DNA from: Gracilinanus agilis
Taxonomy: Eukaryota
DNA: 64,000 nucleotides
Direction: 5' to 3'
Assembly (NCBI RefSeq): GCF_016433145.1
Contig: NC_058133.1
Coordinates: forward strand, 172,418,514 to 172,482,513
Positions 1 to 12,755 of the stretch are shown here, one piece after another (position 1 is the first letter of the stretch; each line of letters begins with the position of its first letter). The notes under the pieces were generated by a model, which was not told where the DNA came from, searched no databases, and worked only from the letters and a program-made list of their open reading frames with translations. The position numbers were made by a program, and so were the translations under genes.

Positions 1-113
1 CGAGCGCACCCCAGCACCTTCAGTCCGCGTTGCACCAGGGCCCGGGCCACGGCCGCGCCGATGCCGGCGGAGGCACCCGTCACCAGCGCCAGCCGGCCCC
101 GCCAGCGCTCCAT
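1..113 (-). CDS. DHRS11: DHRS11 first coding exon, partial (continues past window start)
   Basis: Reverse translation from ATG at 113: MERWRGRLALVTGASAGIGAAVARALVQRGLKVLGCA(R). It contains the SDR cofactor motif TGxxxGIG and matches the recalled DHRS11 N-terminus. Synteny with GGNBP2 agrees. Confidence 0.93.
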   Translation of the reverse strand, partial: MERWRGRLALVTGASAGIGAAVARALVQRGLKVLGCA

Positions 114-720
114 GCTGGGGGTGCTAGAGTACTTCGGAACGCAGGAAGGCGCCCGCTTCGTCTCCTGCCCCAGCAACAGTTCCACCGTCTTCTCCGACTC
201 TAGGGGGTTCATCTTCCTCGGGCCCTGGGACCAACTGGACCTCTTAGCTCCGCTCCGACTCCGGCTGACCCTAACTCAGTCGGTAGGCCAGTCAGCCACC
301 ACTCAGATCCCACTCCGGCCCCACCCCAGCCCCGCCTGCCCGGGCCGCAGCCCTCTCCACGCCCACCGTCTCCCAGCCCGGCTCTGCCAGAAGCTCCGCC
401 CCCAGCGCGAGGGAGACTACTCGCCCGCCCTCTCCAGCCAGAAGTCCCGCCCCCAGCGCGAGGAAGAAGGCGTCGCCATACTCGGCCCCGCCCACCTTTG
501 AGGAGCAGCTCCACCCCCCAGCGCGAGGAAGAAGGTGTCGCCATCTTCGGCCTCGCCTCAGGCGTTGTTCTGGACCGCGGGGTTTCCGCACCAACTCACC
601 AGTCCCCATTCAGGTACCCGTGCCTGGGCACCCTGGGCCCTCACGCCGCCCTCAACGGCTCTAGAGCGTGGGCGTGCAACCCAGGCGGGCTCACAGATTG
701 TGCCTGTCTTCTGAACTAAA
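1..720. promoter_or_regulatory. CpG island / DHRS11 promoter
   Basis: GC- and CpG-rich; several GC boxes (CCGCCC); YY1-like CGCCATCTT at about 539-547; lies at the DHRS11 5' end. Confidence 0.8.
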
Positions 721-3113
721 GCCAGAAGATGGGGTGGCTATGGGGAAACGGCCCTAGCGTGAGGTCTCCAAGGGACCTCCGAGGTCACCTAGTCCAATCC
801 CGTCACTTTACACAGGAGGAAACTAAGGCCCAGGGTGGCGAAGTGAATTTGCCCAAGGTCATACAGGTCACACAGGTGACCATTCAGCCAACGTGCATCG
901 ACTTTCAGTGAGAGTATGATAGTGGCAGAACCAGAATTCGAACTCCGGGTTCTTTTACTCCAAGCTCAATGATCTCCGGTGACTATTCTCCAGACTAATT
1001 CATTAAACATGTGTGTAAGATGCTGTGGAAAGAAGTGTTAGATTTAGACTCCGGAAGACTCAAGTTGAAATCTTGTCTCAAATTTCAGCATGTCCCCAAG
1101 CAAGTCACTTAATCACTGCTTCAGTTTCCTCTTTTGTAAAATAGGGATAATAATAGCACCTACCTCTCAGAGTTGTCATAAGGATCAAATGAAATGACAT
1201 GTAACCTTCTTTGCAAACCTTAATGTGCTATTCAAATGCTACCCACCTATTATCATTATTATCGATTATGTGAACATATATCAGCATTCAATATGAAAGT
1301 ATCAGAGTTGGAATTCAAACTCAGGTCCTTGGACTCCAAGTTCAGTAGGATAGTTGTCACTTTCTACTCTGTAAGAAGGGAAGAGAAAATGTGCTGCAGA
1401 AAGCTTCTGTTCCTTTCTCTATACCAAAAGGAAGGGTACAAGCTGAGCATTCTTTACTAGGAATCTTCCTGGAGTGGGGAGCCAAAGAGAGAAGATCAAG
1501 ATATGACTTGCCCCAAGTCATGCTGGGGAGGTAAAGCTGGGTCAAGGGCTTCAGGAAGATAAACTGGAGGAGGTGGTTCTAATTGACAAGAGGTGGGGAA
1601 GATAGAGGGGGGAAAAAACTGCTGGACTTGGAATCCTGAGATGAATGGGTTCAGATTCTGTCTCTGAATTACTAGTTGTCAGCCACATCCTAGTTTAATC
1701 TGTAAAATGGAATAACTGTAATGCCTACTTCATGGGTTGTTTTTAAACCTTTTTTGTTTTTTAACCTTAAAGTCCTCTGTAAGTGTTAGCTATTATTCAT
1801 AAGTTACTTTTGAGGGTAAGAGAACTGAGAGCCAGAGAACTAGAGAAAGGGAACATTCAAACATCAGCTCTGATACTGTGTGCCCCTGGGCAAGTAATAA
1901 CCTCACAGAGTCTCACTTTCTGTATAAGAACTAGAGAGAGAACTGGATCCCTACAGTCCCCGAATAGCTCTGAATCTGTGAACAGGAGAGCCCAATCCTT
2001 TCTTCTCTTCCTCTTTATGCTTCTCTGCCAAGGCACTCAAAGAGCTTCTGGCCTCATCTAAACACAGAAGAAATTAATGCATTCCCACCTCTGCCCTGCT
2101 GGTTAATCTTAAGAAAGTCTCTTCCCCAGTCTTCTATGCCTAGGAGGGTGGAGTAAGCAAAGAATTCAGGCCATAACTGAAATCACTGGTTTTGGCATTG
2201 ATTTTAGGACCAGGTACCTCTCTCCTGAAATGATGAGCTCTGGTCTGGACATGAAAATTAGATAGTCCTCAACTGCCACAAAGGAGACTAGGATGCAAAA
2301 CCAGGTCTTTGGATTCCTAAGTTTGTGCTTCATGTTTATCCAACTCACTCCTTGCCTCCTCTTACTTTAAAACCTGCACACACCCCAGCCTTCCCCAAAA
2401 CTTTATGATCAGAAGGGAGAAAAGGACCTAAATGATGCACATTTCAACTTTCAAGAGCTGAAAGTGATATCCCATCAAAGGGATGATGTTTGATAAACTA
2501 GATTAGGATGAGTAATTCATTCAACAAACATTCAAAGTGAACCTACTACAAGATTCAAGGAGGGAAAAGGGTTGTGTATTTTGCTAAGGACAAGGACAGA
2601 TGTAACCTTTGGAGCTTACATGCCAGAAAAGGATGAAACAGAGATAATACACAGTATGTCACATGCATTAGAGTTCAAAATAGGGCTGTCACGTTTAAGG
2701 TCAGTATTGAAAGATCAGGGAAGGTTTTGTTGAATTAAAGTTTAAAGGATAGACAGGAATACAGAAGACAAAGAGAGGAGTGAGTAGAGAAGAGAATTCA
2801 TCCATTGGTAGGAAATGAGTGAACGAATGAAAAAGCATTTATTAAACATTACTGTGTGTTGAGCCTTTTACAAGACATTATGAATATACATAGAAAAGCA
2901 AAGATAGCCATGTCCTCAGATATATTACTTTTCTATGGGGCAAAAAAAGGAGGGGGAATGATAGCTAGGTATTGGGCAGTTTGGTTGCTGAGTGGTTGCT
3001 GGATGGGACCATTGGATAATCACACCTGTGGCACAGTTAATTAATACTAAGCTCAAATGCTACCTTCAGAAGGCATTTCCCCTCATACCTCCCCTCTGAG
3101 ATTACGTAGGCAG

Positions 3114-3398
3114 TGTATATAATTAGATTTTTCTCCCCAGTTTCCCATGTTCCTTTTCATGTTATATACTAACATAGGGAGGATTATAAGTTTTGTGTAG
3201 CTCCACCCCTCACCTCCTCTCTCTTCCCCTGATTACAGCCAGGCAGGAGAATCTACACACTTGGGTTTGCTTTTTGCTAGATAAATAGGTTTGAACTTAT
3301 ATTTCTTTTAGTTTATTTTCTTTCTACTTCAAGTGATTATTAATAAACTTTATAAAATATAATACTTGGAAATATTGGATATTAATTTAAATCTTAAA
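3114..3398 (+). mobile_element. Solo ERV LTR
   Basis: Starts TGTAT and contains CAAGTGATTATTAATAAA (polyA signal at 3342-3347), a motif shared with the other LTRs in this window. The right boundary is approximate. Confidence 0.6.
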
Positions 3399-3791
3399 GT
3401 AGCTAGAGGGCAGTGGATAGAGACTGCCCTACATGTCAGGAACACACATAAATGAATACCCCTACCTTCTTCTTCACTTCCTTCCCTTCCCTTTGTAAAC
3501 CTAGGGAAGTCACTTAATTTCTACCTCAGGATCCTTTTATTTGTAAAATGAAGATAATGATAGCACCCATTTCCCAGGGTTGTTTTCAGGATAAAATGAG
3601 ATATTTGTAAAATGCTTTGCAAATCTCAAAATGCTACATAAATTGTAGCTATTATCTTCCATTTACACTGTATCTATGTACAGTTATTTATATTTCCTCC
3701 CATGAGAATGAGATCCTTGAGAGTAAGGATTATGTTTTTGCCTTTCTTTTGTATATACAATGATTATCATAGTACCCAATACATAATTTTT

Positions 3792-3970
3792 TTTTATAAA
3801 CCCTTAATTTCTGTGTATTTCATAGGTGGAAGAGTGGTAAGGGTGGGCAATGGGGGCCAAGTGACTTGCCCAGGGTCACACAGCTGGGAAGTGGCTGAAG
3901 CCGGGTTTGAACCTAGGACCTCCTGTCTCTAGGCCTGACTCTCACTCCACTGAGCTACCCAGCTGCCCCC
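3792..3970 (-). mobile_element. SINE1_Mdo-like tRNA-derived CORE SINE
   Basis: Reverse complement of GGGGGCAGCTGGGTAGCTCAGTGG...; flanked by a 10-bp TSD CATAATTTTT (3782-3791 and 3971-3980). Confidence 0.85.
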
Positions 3971-4604
3971 CATAATTTTTACTTAACAAACGCTTGTTGA
4001 CTGACTGATCATTCATGGTTCAGGGATCCAGAACTGGAAAGAGTGGGAAGGAAAGAGTGGGCAGGCAGGGCTAGATGCTGTTAAAGAGAGATGACATGAG
4101 AAAAAGTGTAGTCTTCCTGAAATACTCCAAAATAGGCAGTCAATAATCCAGAGACTGTGTTCCCAGGGGAAGAAATTCCCTCTAAGGCATGGTTCCTGGA
4201 TTGGGCAGGTGGCTGGAGAGGAGAAAGGGACCTCAGAAGCCAGGGAATCAATATAAACCAAACCTGATTAAAAAAAACAAAACAACTCTCTGACTTTAAG
4301 AAGTCATCATCCCACTTTCCCTTAAAGGCTATTAGGAAGAGGGAAATAAAGACCTCCTAAGGCAACCCATTACTGTCTCTTAGGAACATTTTTCCTTATA
4401 CTTTCTCTGCTATTTCATTCCTCTGAATTCTGTTCTCTACAGCTAAACAGAACAAATTTAATCCCTCTTCCAATTCAAATCTCCCTTTTCTTCAAATATG
4501 TGAAGATAGAAATCTTTTCTCCCTTCTCAACTAGATCTTTCCCTAGGGAGAAACATTTCCAGTTCTTCCTACAGATCCTTGGAAGGTGTGGTCTCTAAAT
4601 CTAT

Positions 4605-5150
4605 CACAATCAATCAACAAGCATTTATTAAGCACCTTATATGTGTATCTCTATGGGCTTGCAAAGACAAAATCAAACCAATCTCTGCCCTCAAAGAGCT
4701 TACATTCTATCTGGGGAAATGACATGTATGTATATTAGTAAATTAGATACATATATATGTACACATAAAACAAAAAAAAATACAAAGTAATTTCCGGAGG
4801 GAAATACTGAAAATTGGGGAGGCCAGGAAAGGCCTCATGTTTCTAAGGCAAGGATTTGTGCAAAGCTTTGTACAGAGATAGGCCATAGAATGTTGGGTGT
4901 GAAGGACAGTGGTAGGCAAGGTTAGTAGAAATGTAGTGTACAGAGTGGGGTATGTAATAAGCCTATAAAAGTAAGCTGGAAACAGAACGTGAAGGGCTTT
5001 AAATAGAAAAGTTTGTATTCTATCTTACAGCCAAATAGGGAGCCACTGAAGTTTTCTGAGCAGAGTGACATAAAATGTATTTTATTACTATTGACACCTA
5101 TGTGGAGGATGGACTGAAGAGGGGAGAGACTAGGAGTGAGCACATAAATC
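4605..5150 (-). mobile_element. L2 LINE 3' fragment
   Basis: Antisense L2 tail (CAATCAACAAGCATTTATTAAGCACC...GCCCTCAAAGAGCTTACATTCTA) followed by purine-rich L2-like sequence. Boundaries approximate. Confidence 0.6.
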
Positions 5151-5619
5151 ACAGAATTTCAAAGTTAGAAGATATCTTACTGGCTATGTAGTCAAACCCA
5201 TACATGGAAAGGAATCTTTAGTTATATCTCACAAATAGTCACCTAGCCTCCATTTGAAACCCCCATGAAGGAGGAACATAATCTCTAGAGGTTACTTATT
5301 CCATTTGGGGATAGTTGTAATTGTTAGGAAGTTTTTACTGACATCAAATCTAAATTTGCCTTCTTTTTCATGCCAGTTGATAGTGTGCTGCGCCTGGAGG
5401 CAGGAAGATCTTAGTTCAAATCCAACCCACTCTTTACTAGCTGTGCAACCCTGGGGGCAAGTTATTTAACTCCCATTTGCCCGTTTCTTCTTCTGCAAAA
5501 TGGGGATAATAATAGCACCGACCAGGGTGGTTGGGAGGATCAAATGAAATGTTAATTATAAAATGCTTAGCAAAGTGCCTGGCATATAAGTGCTATATAA
5601 ATAGTAGGGATTATTATCA

Positions 5620-6660
5620 TTTTTCCTGATTCTTCAGACTGGGAACAAACAAAACAAGTCTAATCCCTTTCACCATAACCCTTCATCTACTTAAAGACAG
5701 TTATCATATCCTCCCTAAGCCTTCTTTTCTCCAAGTCAAACATTTCATGTCCCTTTAGCAGATCCTTATGACATGGGCTCATGCCTTTTCAATATCCTGG
5801 GTGCTCTCCTCTGAACATATTCCATCTTATCAATGTCCTCATGGCCCCTAGAACTAAATTTAATACTATAGATGAATTTTGACCAGAGCAGGCTGCAGTA
5901 GAACTATTATCTTTCATTCCTGAAAGTTATGCCCCTCTTAATGTAACCCAAAATAGCACTGGCTTTTTTGGCTACCACATAACATTACTTACCTATCCTG
6001 AACTTACAGTCCACCAAAACCCTAAGATCTTTTGTTAGACCAACTTCTGCCTGTACATGGCTTCCTTATCCTGTGAAATATGTATATTTTTTAAATTTAG
6101 TATATGTCTTTACATATCTGTACTAAATTTCATCTCAGCACAGTGCTCTAGACTGTCAAGATTCTGTTATCCACCGTTAGCCATCCCTCCCAGCTTTGTG
6201 TTATCAGCACATATGATGAATATATATTATCTCTTCCTTTGTCCAAGTTATTCATAAAAATGTTAAATAGCTCATGGCAAAGCAGAGATCCCTGGAGTAT
6301 TCCACTGGAGACTTCATTGATGCTAAATGGCCAACCAATTCTAAATCCATCTGATTGTATTGTCCAATCCATAGCTCTCCATTTTCTCCATAAGAATAAA
6401 GAAATACTTTCACAAAAGCCATGGCATTTTTCTTCTACTACTTTAGTAATCATCAAAAAAAAAAAAAAATACTGTTAATTTGGCAGACCTGTTCCTGAAG
6501 AAGCCTAGGCTTTTTGCAATCACTGCTTCCTTTTCTATATGTTCTCTAATACTTCCTTTAATTATTGGTTCTAGAATTCTTCCAGGAAGCAAAGTGAAAT
6601 TTACTGGCTTGTAATTTTCAGACTGTTCTCTTCCCATTTCTGGGACATTTGCCCTTCTCC
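5620..6660 (-). mobile_element. CR1/L3 LINE reverse transcriptase fragment (decayed)
   Basis: Minus-strand translations ENYKPVNFTLLPGRILEPII and SSGILQGSLLCHELFNIFMNNLD match the CR1 RT motifs NYRPVSLTSxPGK and SGVPQGSVLGPxLFNIFINDLD. Confidence 0.8.
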
Positions 6661-6939
6661 TATCCTGTAGTACTCTTCCCACTTTCCTTTGCTATCTCAA
6701 AAGAACAACAAACCAAAGGATGTGATCTTAGGCAAAGAGATGGTTCTACATTTGGAGTATATGGTATGAAGAAGGGATTGGAGAGGAGGCAGGCACAAGT
6801 GGAGACAGGAAGACCTTTTAGGACATTGTAGCAATCTAAGTAGGTAGTGACAACCTAGGGAAGCTACTGGGACTTAGGATTCAAAATCCGAAGTCAAAGA
6901 TCAAAAGGTTACAAACATGGTACCCAGATTATCACAGTT

Positions 6940-7283
6940 AAGAGGTTTATGGATATAAGATTTATATCAATATTAATAACTCCACGTATTAATTTTATGA
7001 ATTTTATTAATAATCACTTGAAGTAGAAGGAATAAAAAGGCAATAGTAAGTATATAATAAAAAGGAAATAGAAGTATAAAAACCTAATTATCTAACAAAA
7101 ATAAGATCATGTAAGTCCTCCTACCTGGCCCAAAGCCAGCTTCCACAGCCATGATCATGGAAGAGTGAGAGGGGGGAGAAGCTACACAAAACTTATATCC
7201 TCCCTACATTAGCATGTAACATGAGAAGGAACATGGGAAGCTGGGATTTTAGAGTCCTAGGGGGAAAAAAATCTAATTATACA
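6940..7283 (-). mobile_element. Solo ERV LTR, same family as 3114-3398
   Basis: Minus strand starts TGTATAATTAGATTTT and contains CAAGTGATTATTAATAAA; similar to the reverse complement of 3114-3398. Confidence 0.6.
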
Positions 7284-8018
7284 CAGGGAAAGGAAAATTC
7301 CATTTAGACAAGTTGAATTAGGGAGACACACACATAGAGGATGATGTACATGGATTTGGAGCTCAGAGCAGCATGGTTATATACAAGGTATCCACATATA
7401 AAATATTTAATACCATATCTACTTCTCATCATTTTATAGTTTACAAAACATTTTCTCATCCTCATGATTTTATTAATTACACAAGCAGAATCACCCTCAT
7501 TTTTCAAATGAGGTAATAGGCTGGCTAAGCTAAGCAACTTGCCCAGTCATATGACTTGTAACTGACTTGAGCCATGCTTAAGAACTATGAGAAACTATAG
7601 CATATGATTCTTCTCCTCCAAGGAATGGAATATGCAGGAAGTAGGTGTTGAGAGTGGAAAAAGCACAAAACAGAAATAGAATTGGGTTATTGACCTGGCT
7701 GTATCTATACCTATATCTATAACTAGCCAAATAACCTCCAGCAAGCCACTAAAACTCCCTGGGCCTCACATTTCTCAGTCTATAAAATGAGAGGGTTCAT
7801 CTACTCATCTACATCAGTTCTTTCAGTTCCATTTTAGATGCTGGACCTCAGCCAAGTTTCCTCTCCAGGACAATGAGGGCATATAGGGCAACAGTCTTTG
7901 CCCTGGTCATCATTATTAGAGCTTCCAGGCAGAATGAGAAAGGAGCTAAAGCAGAATCATGGACTTTAACATCTGCCCTAGATTTTCAGGGCTTTAACTA
8001 AAAAGAAAGCATTTTAGG

Positions 8019-8019
<1 letters not shown>

Positions 8020-8055
<36 letters not shown>
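8020..8055. repeat. (CA)n microsatellite
   Basis: Uninterrupted run of about 18 AC units. Confidence 0.98.
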
Positions 8056-8057
<2 letters not shown>

Positions 8058-8878
8058 CTTTGATTACACACTGCTTATCAATTCCATTTGAAGTTTGAAT
8101 ATCAGATTCACACCATTCCTATGATGCCAAGGGTATTGTGGCCCATTTACTGATAATCATCTGCTGGTATTGTCCAGTGCTGTATGTACAACATCAGAAC
8201 ACTCAAAGTCCCTGTGTTTACTCAACTACTGACTCAGATTTTTAAATGGAGAAGTGCAAAGCTGGCAGCCAAATGCCTCTCCTTAGGGAACATCTTTCTC
8301 ATCCTTCATTACTTCACCTGCGATAGCAATAAGCTGTAATGCAATAGTGACTTTATTGTTAGAAGCCAGATAAGGCTGAACATGCATTTGTGCAGACTTC
8401 AATGTGTGTAACTACTCAGTACAACTCCTGATCCTAAGCTTTATACAGCAAGTAATTGCCCTATTAGGCAATCCTTGGTTGAAAGTCTGCCAAGTTTTGT
8501 TTTCATTCATTTGGGTCATTATGAATCTTTGAATTTAAGAAGTACTAGGGCACTATTAGTAAGCAAGTGAAGTATCCAGGAAAATTAGGGTACTAATGTA
8601 TTTAAAGAAACTCTAGTAAACCTTGAAAAAAAGGTATCAAAACTGTTTTTCAAATTAACTAGGTACATTAGAACCAGTGATTAAGGGAAGGATTTATTCT
8701 TCTGCTGAAATCTGGGAGTCACTTTTCTACGAATGTTCATTGAGATTTTTCTCACCATCTCCCCCATCAAAATAGAATTACCAAGTCAGATGATTGGCAA
8801 ACTAAACATGGAAATACTATTATTGCATTAAGTAGAAACATGTACACCAGATTGTACTATGCGTATTAATAAATATTC

Positions 8879-8884
8879 TTTATT
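8879..8884 (-). terminator. GGNBP2: GGNBP2 polyadenylation signal AATAAA
   Basis: TTTATT on the + strand about 430 nt past the stop codon, at the end of a repeat-free 3'UTR-like stretch that resembles the recalled mammalian GGNBP2 3'UTR. Confidence 0.7.
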
Positions 8885-9315
8885 TTTAAATTTTGCACAT
8901 TGCGCTTTAACATATTACATCCAAACATTTTTGCAAGTGGATGTCTACTTTGTAAAACCTTATATTCAGCTCATCATTTCTGTACAGAATTATAAGTACA
9001 ACATTACTTTTTGCCACTAAGTTGCTTTTTAAAGTCTCACAGTAAGAGAAACATTTAATGAAAAGAGATGGCTTAAATTATAAGGCAGGCTTGCATAGCT
9101 ACTCAACTAAACATACAAGCCTGAAGAAAGAACAAATTAATGAAGTTACCTCCACCAGCGTCCCCGAAAACAAAAAAAAAAAAAAAAAAGAGAAAAGAAT
9201 CACATTGATTTAAGATAAAATTCTGCCATAAGTCACTAAATTAAGAGTTTTTGAAAGAGAAGGCGCAGTAGTCATCTTGAGTGTTTCAATGAAAGACAGA
9301 GCTATTTTATTTATT

Positions 9316-9519
9316 TTAGTTTGCTCCGGCCGTTGTCAACCAGCCACTACAAATGGGCCTCTTGTGATCATTTAAGCGGCAGTATTTATTAAATTTTTCC
9401 TTCAGATGTTGTCGGTACTGTTCTCTATTGCTGTAGAAAGACTGGTTGTTTGCCATAAATGACTGTATTTCATCTTGTGAGATAAAGATTTCCTCATCTG
9501 AAGTGCATTCAGACTCATC
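9316..9519 (-). CDS. GGNBP2: GGNBP2 exon 14 (last coding exon)
   Basis: CAG acceptor at 9520-9522; encodes DESECTSDEEIFISQDEIQSF...CSGWLTTAGAN*; stop TAA at 9316-9318. Confidence 0.97.
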   Translation of the reverse strand, partial: DESECTSDEEIFISQDEIQSFMANNQSFYSNREQYRQHLKEKFNKYCRLNDHKRPICSGWLTTAGAN

Positions 9520-10119
9520 CTGTAAAGGAAAGTAGCTGTTAAACTAGGACTTTTAAACAACGAAGAATGGGGAAGACAGTGTATAGGATATGCTGATTGA
9601 GGGGAAAAAGGAAAAAAAGGCAGGCTTTTAAGTTTCAATTCAGTCAAAGGCAAAAGTTTCAAATGTAAATAAACCCTTTTAAATAATCTGTTAAAAAATT
9701 GATGAAATTGATGGCTATCAAAATAAGCAAAATAAGATGATGATGAACAACAACAGTGGCAATCTGGAGTAGGGATCAGAAGGTAGGGCTGAAAGCCAGA
9801 AGTCCTAGGTTGCAGTCACACACATATAGCAAGCTATGTGTCCTGGACAAGTCACACTCTCTCAGTGCCCCAGGCAATTCTCTAAGATAAGTGGCAGAGC
9901 AGGTACTGATCATCATTGGCAGAGGGAGTTTTTTCTCTCCAAGAACTCCCTATACTAAGGAAATCATAAAGTCTAGTTCAAGAATAGTAAGAAGTGGTTT
10001 GAAATTCTAGGCCTGACACTCAGGCTCAAATCCCTTTTTTCTTTACCTGAAAATATCGACTAACCAAAGAAGATTCCAAATATTTGTCAACTACTAAATA
10101 ATCAAATGAATAATCTCTA

Positions 10120-10375
10120 ATAAGGGCAACTAGGTAGCATAGTGGATAGAGTACTGGGCCTGGGGTCAGGAAGTTATCCTCCTAAGTTAAAATCTCTCTC
10201 AGATGCTTACTAGCTGTATAACCCTGGGTAAGTCACCACACCCTGTTTGCCTCAATTTCTTCATCTGTTAAATGAGCAAGAGAAGGAAATGGCAAACCAC
10301 TCCAGTATCTTTGCCAGGAAAACTCCAAATGGGGTCATGAAGAGTCAGACATGACTGAAACAACTAAATTAAAAC
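10120..10375 (+). mobile_element. MAR1-type CORE SINE
   Basis: tRNA-like head, CORE domain, then the RTE-like tail GAGAAGGAAATGGCAAACCACTCCAGTATCTTTGCC...GAGTCAGACATGACTGAA. Confidence 0.75.
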
Positions 10376-10531
10376 AACAAATCTCTAACAGAATAAATAT
10401 TTGTGTGCAGTTTCTTAAAGAAACAAAATTCAGCCTTTGCTACACCCAGGGACAGTGCAATATTATAAGTCCAATAAGAACTCCATTATGAGATCTGAGT
10501 CCTTAGCACAACACAAAAGAGCCCTAATCAT

Positions 10532-10720
10532 GGGGGCAGCTGGGTAGTTCAGTGGATTGAGAGCCAGGTCTAGAGACGGGAGGTCCTAGGTTCAAATCCG
10601 GCCTCAGACACTTCCCAGCTGTGTGACCCTGGGCAAGTCACTTGACCCCCATTGCCCACCCTTACTACTCTTCCACCTATGAGCCAATACACAGAAGTTA
10701 AGGGTTTAAAAAAAAAAAAG
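10532..10720 (+). mobile_element. Young SINE1_Mdo-like SINE
   Basis: Full-length GGGGGCAGCTGGGTAG... with A tail; TSD GCCCTAATCAT (10521-10531 and 10722-10732). Confidence 0.92.
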
Positions 10721-11237
10721 GGCCCTAATCATAGTTAATAATATCACAATTCTCATCTCAAATAAGCCAGGTTATCTGAGGTCAAGCACAATTTGCCTGT
10801 AGTCCCAGCTCTGCCATATTCCTGCATGGCATAAAACAGAGACAACTGAGGATTGTTACATTCTACTTAGCCTGAGCAGCATATTCTTCACTTGTCTAGA
10901 AGAAAGGCTGTCATAAAAATGACATACAGAGAAAAAGACAGCCAGATATAATCAGGTTTCAAGAACAATGATACTGAACAGCATTTGCAATAAACAGAAA
11001 CACATTGTAAGGCTAACTTTTTGCCAGAGCTTGATGTAGGGATATATAATAACTACAAGGGTTCATTCTTACATTCCAACCATTCTTCCACCCTGCCTCC
11101 AGGACAATCCAACTCCTCACTTAGACACTGAACTTTAAGAAACAAAGCAGGGGTGCTCTATAGCAGCCTGTGCCTCCTCTGAAGTAAAATTGAACTGGAG
11201 TCATTTAAAAAGAAAAAAGTAACCCTAAAAGGAAGGT

Positions 11238-11510
11238 AAAGGTGTAGCATAGTGGATAGAATACCAGGCTTGGAGTCAGGAGGACTAGGTTCAAATCTGG
11301 CCACAGACACTTTGTAATGCTGGAAAAGTCACTTAACCCCCCTATTGCCTAGCACTTGCCATTCTTCTGTCTTAGGATTTATACTAATTTTTTATACTAA
11401 TTTGGCGGTTTTAAGATGTTATCATATACAAACTAATAATGCATTTTGAAAATTAGTTTCCACTAAAGATTTTATAAATTGATACTAAGAAGATAAGAGT
11501 TTAAAAAAAA
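11238..11510 (+). mobile_element. Older CORE SINE carrying an internal insertion
   Basis: Head GGTGTAGCATAGTGGATAGA and CORE domain present; the tail GATACTAAG...GAGTTTAAAAA is interrupted by about 100 nt of non-SINE sequence. Confidence 0.65.
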
Positions 11511-11610
11511 ACCAAACCCTAAAGTACAGATTCTCTTACTCTATTCTTCCTAAGAATTAGTTATCCCCCAAGTTTGTTGGCCATACACTACCACATATTG
11601 GAATACTTAC

Positions 11611-11859
11611 AAGGAGTTCAACTAAGCTCTTGGCACCTTTTCCAGAGTCAGGACCGAGTGACGTTTCTGCAGGTTCTGCAAATTGTGTTACGTTTTTCCT
11701 ATGTTCAAACCAAGGCAGTGGCTGCCCACCCTTTTCGGAGCTGCAGCAGTTTTCAGCATGCGAATCTTTGGTCTTGTCACGGTGAAACACTGTGTGCACG
11801 GTATTTCCTGAGGTCTCTCGATTACTCGGATCTGTAATACAGCTTCCAAGCTTTTGGAT
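11611..11859 (-). CDS. GGNBP2: GGNBP2 exon 13
   Basis: IQKLGSCITDPSNRETSG...KSLVELL; CAG acceptor, GTAAGT donor; 249 nt, phase 0-0. Confidence 0.97.
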
Positions 11860-12213
11860 CTGAAACCACAGCAAATAATTATTAGGCAAATTAATTACAA
11901 TTCAAGACAGAAAACTCCTTAACAAATCTGTGGAAAAGGTACTTAAGCAGAAAGAGATCATGAAAAAAACGAATGAGGTCAGTACTTTGAAATGGAATCT
12001 AACCCTTAGGTTGAGCAATAAAAGGGACAAAGAGGACCAATGTGATAGAACAGCACAAAGAAAATACAAATCACAGCAGCTCCTTAAATACCTCAGAAAA
12101 TCACAAAATAAACCCACTGATAACTTAGGGGTTTTATCACTTTTAGATGCTATTTGCATAACATTTTAAAATGCAAAGTGAGAATCTTGCTACAGACAAG
12201 TTATGACACCTAC

Positions 12214-12362
12214 GTGTTCATCACACTTCAACATTTTGCTTTTCTTTTTCTTCTTTTTGTTTTTTCCCTTTGTGTTATTCTCTTCAGAATTAGCCCAACA
12301 TTCCACACAGCTATCGCCGTCCTCCTCTTTGTCATCACAGTGATGAACACAGGAATCATCAC
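12214..12362 (-). CDS. GGNBP2: GGNBP2 exon 12
   Basis: (G)DDSCVHHCDDKEEDGDSCVECWANSEENNTKGKNKKKKKKSKMLKCDEH; AG acceptor, GTAGGT donor; 149 nt. Confidence 0.97.
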
Positions 12363-12457
12363 CTGAAAGAGGGAGTACTCTCTCAATTGTGTTCTTTAAG
12401 AAAAGCAACTACTGGCTACTGTAATAAGAATAAATAGGATGCTCATTCTGGACCTAC

Positions 12458-12583
12458 CATGTTCATCATGGTTACATATGCCTTCAGTGCAGGCTACATC
12501 TGAGCCCTCCCGAGAACCTGTCTCACTCCCTTCCATGCTAGAGGAGTATCCACAATCACTACCATTACAGTGTGGAGATAAAC
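12458..12583 (-). CDS. GGNBP2: GGNBP2 exon 11
   Basis: (G)LSPHCNGSDCGYSSSMEGSETGSREGSDVACTEGICNHDEH(G); 126 nt, phase 1-1. Confidence 0.97.
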
Positions 12584-12755
12584 CTGAGAATAAATCAGAG
12601 GTTACATTATAATTTGTACTTGTCATTAATATAATTTCCTCACAATTAAGAAAAACAGTCCTCAAATTCTATAACTTACAGATCTATAATTTTATTTTCT
12701 TTCATGTAAAGATAAATTAGGACAAACTTAAAGAATTCATGCTTTAAAAACTCAC

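Noticed and set aside
61-719. Several 70-146 aa ORFs in the first CpG island
   Set aside because: Stop-poor GC-rich sequence that overlaps DHRS11 exon 1 and its promoter; no recognisable domain.
11902-12169. Overlapping 79-85 aa ORFs on both strands
   Set aside because: They fall inside the 354-nt GGNBP2 intron 12 and have no recognisable homology.
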